Below, piece after piece: positions 19,001 to 25,704 of a stretch of 64,000 nucleotides of DNA. Under the pieces are notes generated by a model that saw only the letters and a program-made list of their open reading frames with translations, was not told the DNA's origin and did not search any database. How positions within the stretch are numbered: the first letter of the stretch is position 1; the number at the start of each line of letters is the position of its first letter. The DNA comes from Thermoanaerobaculia bacterium (GTDB taxonomy: Bacteria > Acidobacteriota > Thermoanaerobaculia > Multivoradales > UBA5704): NCBI GenBank assembly GCA_035490435.1, contig DATHEF010000069.1, positions 8,180 to 72,179 on the forward strand. Reading direction: 5' to 3'. A program made the translations under genes and the position numbers.

Positions 19001-22000
19001 CCTCCGGGGTGATGCCCTGGACCTCGACGACCGCCCGCAGCAGGCCCTCCAGCCGGAAGCTGTCGCGGCCCGGAAAGGCCTCCCGCCGCTCGCGCAAGGT
19101 GTTGAAGTTGAGCAGCTCGAGCTCCGGCGGCGCGAAGAGCTGCGGGTTGCCGCCCAGCATCACGCGCAGCAGCGTCGATCCCGACCGCGGCGGCGAGAGC
19201 ACGAACAGCGCGGGAGGATTGACGATGCCGTCGAGGATGGCGGGCGCCAGCTTGCGGAGATGCCAGCGGATCTGCGCCAGCCGCTCCTCATCGACCGTGG
19301 GCTCGGCCGCCGGCGCCGCGGCGCCCGCTTCGGCGACCTCCTCGCCCCAGATCCGCGCCACGCCGGCCGGATACTCCCGCGCCACGAAGGCCGCGAAACG
19401 CTCCAGGACCGGCGCGTCGAACAGCGCCACGACGTGGATGATCTCCCCCAGCATCTCCTGGAGCTGGTTGATGAAGATCGCGCCGGTGATCGAGTTGCCG
19501 CCGAGGTCGAAGAAATGATCCCGCAGGCCGATGCGCTCGACCTCGACCCCCAGCACCTCGCTCCACAGCCGGGCCAGGCCGGTCTCCAGGACCGTCCGCG
19601 GCGCCACGTACTCCGCCGCGGCGCCGGTGGCCTCGAAATCCGGGGCCGGCAGAGCCTTGCGGTCCACTTTGCCGTTGGGGTTGAGCGGCAGGGCGTCGAG
19701 CAGCACGAACACCGCGGGGATCATGTAGTCCGGCAGGACCGCCCCGAGGTGGGAGCGCAGGTCGGCGACGGTGACCTCCGCGCCCGCGGCGGCCACGACG
19801 TAGGCGATCAGCCGCCAGTCGCCCACCGCCCCCGCCGTCCCGGCCGAGCGGTCGGCCACCACCACCGTCTCGCGCACCGCCCCCTGGCCGGTCAGCGCCG
19901 CCTCGATCTCCCCCAGCTCGATGCGGAAGCCGCGGATCTTCACCTGGAAGTCGATCCGCCCCAGGAACTCGATCGCGCCGTCCGGCAGGAAACGGGTGAG
20001 ATCGCCCGTGCGGTAGGCCCGGGCCCCGGGCAGGCCGAAGGGGTCGGGGACGAAGCGCTCCGCTGTCAGCTCGGGCCGGCCGAGATATCCCCGGCCGACC
20101 TGCACGCCGCCGATCCAGAGCTCGCCGGCGACCCCGACCGGCATCAGCTCCCCCTCGCGGCCGAGGATGCGCAGCCCGGTGTTGGCGACCGGCCGTCCGA
20201 TCGGCACGGCGGCGCGCGAGCTGCCGCGCTCGCAGGGCCACCAGCTCACGTCGACCGCGGCCTCGGTCGGGCCGTAGAGGTTGTGGAGCGGAGCGTCCAG
20301 GAGCTCGTAGAAACGCCGCGCCAGCTCGGCGGGCAGCGCCTCGCCGCTGCACAGGACGCGGCGCAGCGAGCCGCAGCGGCCGACCCCGCGCGCCTCCAGG
20401 AAGACCTGCAGCATCGAGGGCACGAAGTGCAGGGTGGTGATCTCCTGGGCGACGATCTCCTCGACCAGGTAGGCGGGGTCCTGATGGCCGCCCGGCTTCG
20501 CCATCACCAGCCGGGCGCCGGTCATCAACGGCCAGAAGAACTCCCAGACCGAGACGTCGAAGCTGAAGGGGGTCTTCTGGAGCACCCGGTCGGTGGCGTC
20601 GAGCCCGAAGGTCTCCTGCATCCAGAGCAGCCGGTTGACGATGCCGCGGTGGGAGTTCATCGCCCCCTTCGGCCGGCCCGTCGAGCCCGAGGTGAAGATG
20701 GCGTAGGCGAGGCCGTCGGGATCGATCTCGACGGCGGGGCGGAGGTCCTCGGCGTCCTCCTCCCCCGCCACGAGCAGGAGGACCTCGGAGCCGTGCTCCG
20801 GCAGCCGTTCGAGCAGCGCCGGCTGGACCAGGAGGACCGGGGTGCCGGCGCTCGCCAGCATGAACGCCAGGCGGTCCGCCGGATACGAGGGGTCGAGCGG
20901 AACGTAGCCTCCCCCCGCCTTGAGCACCGCCACCAGGGCGACGACCATCTCGAGCGAGCGCTCGGCGCAGACGCCGACCGGCACCTCGGGCCCGACGCCC
21001 CTCTCCCGCAGCCGGCGCGCCAGGCCGTTGGCGCGCCGGTCGAGCTCCCGATAGGTCAGCGACGCCTCGCCGGCGACCACCGCCACCGCCTCGGGATCGC
21101 GGTCCACCTGCGCCTCGATGAGCCGGTGCAGGAGGAGATCCCCGGGATAGTGGACGGCGGTCGCCGACCACTCGCGGAGCTGCTGGAGCTCGCCTTCGCT
21201 GAGCAGGGAGATCTCGTGAATCGGCCGCTCGGGATGGATTACCACGGTCTCCAGCAGCCGCTGGAGATGTCCCGCCAGGCGCTCGATCGTGGTGGCCTCG
21301 AAAAGGTCGGGGTTGAAGCGCAGAGCGATCACCAGCTTGCCGCTCATCTCGACGGCGTCGAGAGTGAAATCGAGCTTCGAGGCTTCGGCGTCCGAGGTCA
21401 CCGGCGACAGGGTGATCCCGGGCAGGACCAGCGGCTCCAGGGGAGCGTTCTGCAGCACCAGCAGGATCTGAAAGAAAGCCGTCTGGCTCAGGTTGCGCTC
21501 GGGCGCCAGCTCGTCGACCAGCTTCTCGAAGGGGAGGTCCTGATGGGCGTAGGCGGAGAGCGCGCTCTCGCGGACGCGGAGGAGCAGGGCCGCGAAGCTC
21601 GGATTGCCGGAGGCGTCGGTGCGCAGGAGCAGCATGTTGAGGAAGAGGCCGACCAGCCCCTCGATCTCCACCTTGCCACGCCCCGCGATCGGGGACCCGA
21701 CCACCAGGTCCTCCTGCCCGCCGTGACGCACCAGCAGGGTGTCGAGCAACGCCAGCAGCACCATGAACAGGGTCACCCCCTGGCGCCGCCCAAGGGCCTT
21801 CAGGCCATCGGTCAGCTCCGGCGTCAGCAGCAGCGCGCGGCGATCCCCCCGGTAGGTCTGCAGGGCGGGCCGCGGGTGGTCCAGCGGGAAGTTGGTGACC
21901 GGAGGAGCGCCGGCCAGCCGCTGCCGCCAGAAGTCGATCTGGGCCTCCAGGACCTCCCCTTGCAGCCACTCGCGCTGCCAGGCCGCGAAGTCGGCGTACT

Positions 22001-25000
22001 GGAAGGGGAGCTCCGGCAGGGGCGAGGGGCGGCCCGCCGAGAAGGCCTCGTAGAGGGCTCCGATCTCGCGCACCAGGATGCCCATCGACCAGCCATCCGA
22101 GACGATGTGATGCACGGTGAGCAGGAGGACATGGGTCTCGTCCTCGAGGCGCAGCAGCATGAAACGGTAGAGCGGCCCCTTGGCGAGATCGAACGGGAGC
22201 TGGCTGACGAGCTGGACGAGGGTGCGCCGCTCCCGCTCGCGGGCGGCATCCGGCAACCCCCGCAGATCGACCAGGGGGAGAGTGCCGATCCCGGACCGGA
22301 TCACCTGCGAGGCCTGCCCCTTGCGCAGGGGGAAGACGGTGCGCAGCGCCTCGTGACGGCGGACCACCTCGGCGAAGGCGCGCAGCAGGGCCGGCGTGTC
22401 GAGCCGGCCCGCGATCCGCACCCGGCCCGGGATGTTGTAGGCCGCCGAGCCCGGCTGCAGACGGTCGATGAACCAGAACCGTTCCTGACCGAAGGAGAGC
22501 GGGATCTCCCCCTTCCGCGAGACGCGCCGCAGCGGCGGCATCGCGAGCTTGCCGGCGGTCAGGCGCATCTCCTCCATCAACGCCGCCTGCCGGGCGACCG
22601 TCGTCGCCTCGAACAGCGCCCGCAGCGGCACGTCGATGTCGAGGGTCTCGCGCAGGCGCGACAGGACGCGCGTGGCCAGCAGCGAGTGCCCGCCCAGCTC
22701 GAAGAAGTTGTCGTCGCGCCCGACCTTGCCGACCTTCAGGACCTCCGACCAGACCCCCGCGATCAGCTCCTCGAGCGGGGTGCGCGGGCTCGCGAAGGCT
22801 TCCGCGCCGGAGCTCGCCGCCGTTCCCGGCGCGGGGAGGGCCCGGCGATCCACCTTGCCGTTGGGGCTCAGCGGCAGGGCCTCGAGGGGCACGAAGACCG
22901 CGGGGACCATGTACTCCGGCAGCGTGGTGGCCAGATGCGCCCGCAGCTCGGCCGGCGAGACCTCGACACCGGCGGCGGCGACCACGTAGCCGACCAGGCG
23001 CTGGTCGGCCGTCGCCACCACCACCGCCTCGCGCACCGACGGATGAGCGGTGAGAGCGGCCTCGATCTCCCCCAGCTCGATGCGCAGGCCGCGGATCTTC
23101 ACCTGATGGTCGATGCGGCCCAGGAACTCGATCGCGCCGTCCGGCAGATGGCGGGCGAGGTCGCCCGTCCGGTAGAGCCGGGCGCCGGCCCGGCCTCCGG
23201 CCACGCTGCCGAACGGATCGGGAACGAACTTCTCCGCCGTCAGCTCGGGGCGCCGGTGGTAGCCGCGGCCGACCTGGATGCCGCCGATGAACAGCTCGCC
23301 CCCGACTCCGATCGGCAGCCGCCGGCCCGCGCGATCCAGGACGTGGAGCTCGGTGTTGGCGACCGGGCGCCCGATCGGTACGGTAGTGCGGTCGTCGCCG
23401 CGCGCGCACCACCAGCAGCTCACGTCCACCGCCGCCTCGGTCGGTCCGTAGAGGTTGATCAGCGGCGCCGCGAAGATCTCGTGGAAGCGCCGCTGCAGCT
23501 CGGCCGGCAGGGCCTCGCCGCTGCAGACCACCCGCCGCAACGCCGCGCAGCGCTCGAGCCCGCGGGCCTCCAGGAAGACCTGCAGCATGGAGGGGACGAA
23601 GTGGAGGGTCGTCACCCGCTGGCGGGCGATCTCCTCGACGAGGTAGTCGGGATCCTGATGGCCGCCCGGCTTCGCCACCACCAGGCAGGCGCCCATCATC
23701 AGGGGCCAGAAGAACTCCCAGACCGAGACGTCGAAGCTGAACGGGGTCTTCTGCAGCACCCGGTCAGTGGCGTCGAGCCCCAGGGCGTCCTGCATCCAGA
23801 GCAGGCGGTTGACGATCGCGCGATGGGTGTTCATCGCCCCCTTGGGGCGCCCGGTCGAGCCGGAGGTGTAGATCATGTAGGCGACGTTGCCGGGGGTGAC
23901 CGCGGCGGCCGGCTCCTGCTCTTCCGGAGCCCCGTCCTCCTCGCCGGCCCCCTTGCCGTCGAGCAGGACGACGCGGGCCTCGGGAGCCGGCAACCGGTCG
24001 AGCACCGCCGTCTGGGCGAGCAGCACCGGGACCCGCGAATCCTCCAGCATGTAGGCGAGGCGGTCCGCGGGATAGGAGGGGTCGAGGGGGACGTAGCCGC
24101 CGCCGGCCTTGAGCACCGCCAGCAGGGCCACCACCATCTCGAGCGAGCGCTCGGCGCAGACGCCGACCAGCACCTCGGGGCCCACCCCCATCCGCCGCAG
24201 CCGGCGGGCCAGCCGCCCGGCCCGGGCGTCGAGCTCACCGTAGGTCAGCGACTCCTGGCCGAAGACCACCGCCACCGCGTCGGGCTGGGACGCCACCCGG
24301 GCCGCGATGATCTCGTGCAGCAGGAGATCGGCGCCGTCATAGCGGACGGCGGTCGCCGACCACTCCCGCACCTGCCGGAGCTCGCCGGGGGTGAGGATGT
24401 CGATCGCATCCAGCCGCTGCTCGGGGTTGGCCAGAAAGGCCGGGAGCACGCTCCGCATGTGCCCGAGGAGGCGCTCGATCACCGCCGGCTCGAAACGCTC
24501 GAGCTCGTAGTCGATCCGCAGCACGATCTCGCGGTCCGGGCCCGCCACCAGGGTGAGCGGATAGCCGGTGCGCTGGAACGCCCCCTCGCGGGCCGTGTCC
24601 GTGAACCCCTCGAAGACGAAGATGCTCTCGAACAGGGGGGTCGGACGCGGCACGTCGGACCAGCCCAGCACCTGGACCAGGGGGCTCTGCTCATAGCGCC
24701 GCATCTCCAACTGTTCCGCCTGCATACTCTGGAGCCAGGCGCGGACCGGCGCGCCGCCCGGCACGCGGACGCGCACCGGGAGCGTGTTGATGAAGCAGCC
24801 CAGCATCGTATCCACCCCGGGCAGGGAGGTGGGGCGGCCGGAGACCGTCACGCCGAAGACCAGGTCGTCCTCTCCGCTGTAGCGGGACAGCACCAGGGAC
24901 CAGGCCCCCTGCAGCACTGTGCTCAGGGTGAGCCGGTTCTCCCGCGCCCACGCCTTCAGCGCCTCGCTCTCCCCCTCCGGGACGAGGGCGGACGCCATCG

Positions 25001-25685
25001 CGCGGCCGCTCTCCTCCGGCCGGCCCCGTCCGGCGGGGCGGTCGACCCCGAGCGGCGTCGGCGTGGTGAAGCCGCCGAGCACCCGCCGCCAGTAGCCCTC
25101 GATCGCGGAGAGGTCGAGCTGCCGCAGCCAGGCGATGTAATCCCGGAACGGGCGCCGCGGCTGCGGCTGGAACGATCCGCCGGTGACCACGGCCCGGTAG
25201 AGCGCGTGCGCGTCCTGCAGGAGCAGGCCCACCGACCAGCCGTCGAGGATCAGGTGGTGGTAGCTCCAGATCACATGGTAGAGGTCGTCGCGCAGCCGGA
25301 TGACGCAGAAGCGCATCAGCGGCGCCTGCAGCAGATCGAACCCCCGCCGCCGCTCCTCGGCGAGGCGCTCCTGGAGCTTCGCCCCACTCTCCGCCTCGGG
25401 AAGGCCGCGCCAGTCCAGAACCTCGAAGGGGAGCTCCACCTGCCGGTTGACGACCTGGACCGGCTCCTCCAGGCTCTCCCAGATGAACGAGGTCCGCAGG
25501 ATCGGATTCCGTGCCACCAGATCCCGCCAGGTCCGCTCGAAGAGCGAGGGTTCGAAACCCGCGCCGAACGTCATGTTGAACTGCTCGAAATAGACCCCCT
25601 CGCCCGGCGCGTAGAGGGTATGGAACAGCATTCCCTGCTGGATGGGCGACAGACGGTAGATATTCTCGATGTTCTCTTTTTTCAT
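10059..25685 (-). CDS. tetramodular NRPS: C-A(Ser)-T-C-A(Ser)-T-ST-C-A(?)-T-C-A(Thr)-T-ST-TE
   Basis: ORF 10059..25841 was trimmed to ATG 25685 ([22 protein letters not shown]), because the upstream 52 codons overlap the permease gene, whose stop is 25705-25707. Hand-located motifs, in order: C1 HHLILDGWS ~25236-25262; A1 [11 protein letters not shown] ~23841-23875; T1 LGGHSL ~22680-22700; C2 HHIVSDGWS ~22085-22115; A2 ~20667-20700; T2 GGNSITG ~19485-19515; ST1; C3 HHIVCDGWS ~17856-17885; A3 ~16427-16462; T3 ~15273-15300; C4 ~14680-14710; A4 ~13250-13285; T4 GGSSITG ~12061-12095; ST2; TE GSSLGG ~10640-10662. Hand-aligned Stachelhaus residues are A1 DVWHVSLVD and A2 DVWHLSLVD (EntF-like, Ser) and A4 DFWNVGMVH (Thr). 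A3 is not recognised. Confidence 0.97.
   Translation of the reverse strand: [5208 protein letters not shown]
10110..10875 (-). other. thioesterase (TE) domain of the NRPS
   Basis: [18 protein letters not shown]..., nucleophile elbow GSSLGG, and His motif PGNHLSM. It directly follows ST2. Confidence 0.85.
10944..11810 (-). other. sulfotransferase domain ST2 (PAPS-dependent, Sulfotransfer_3-like) between T4 and TE
   Basis: [33 protein letters not shown] (5'-PSB loop PRSGST) ... LVDKTPSY ... [15 protein letters not shown] (3'-PB-like RHPxGxxxS). It is paralogous to ST1. Confidence 0.85.
18364..19230 (-). other. sulfotransferase domain ST1 (PAPS-dependent, Sulfotransfer_3-like) between T2 and C3
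   Basis: [33 protein letters not shown] ... LVDKTPTY ... [15 protein letters not shown] ... [11 protein letters not shown]. Confidence 0.85.
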
Positions 25686-25704
25686 CGCCAGATTCACATC
25701 CGGA

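Noticed and set aside
10021-23412. Long same-strand alternative-frame ORFs inside the NRPS (10021..14565, 14626..18396, 19288..23412).
   Set aside because: They are Arg/Pro/Gly/Ala-rich nonsense translations. The in-frame NRPS reading carries every canonical C/A/T/TE motif.
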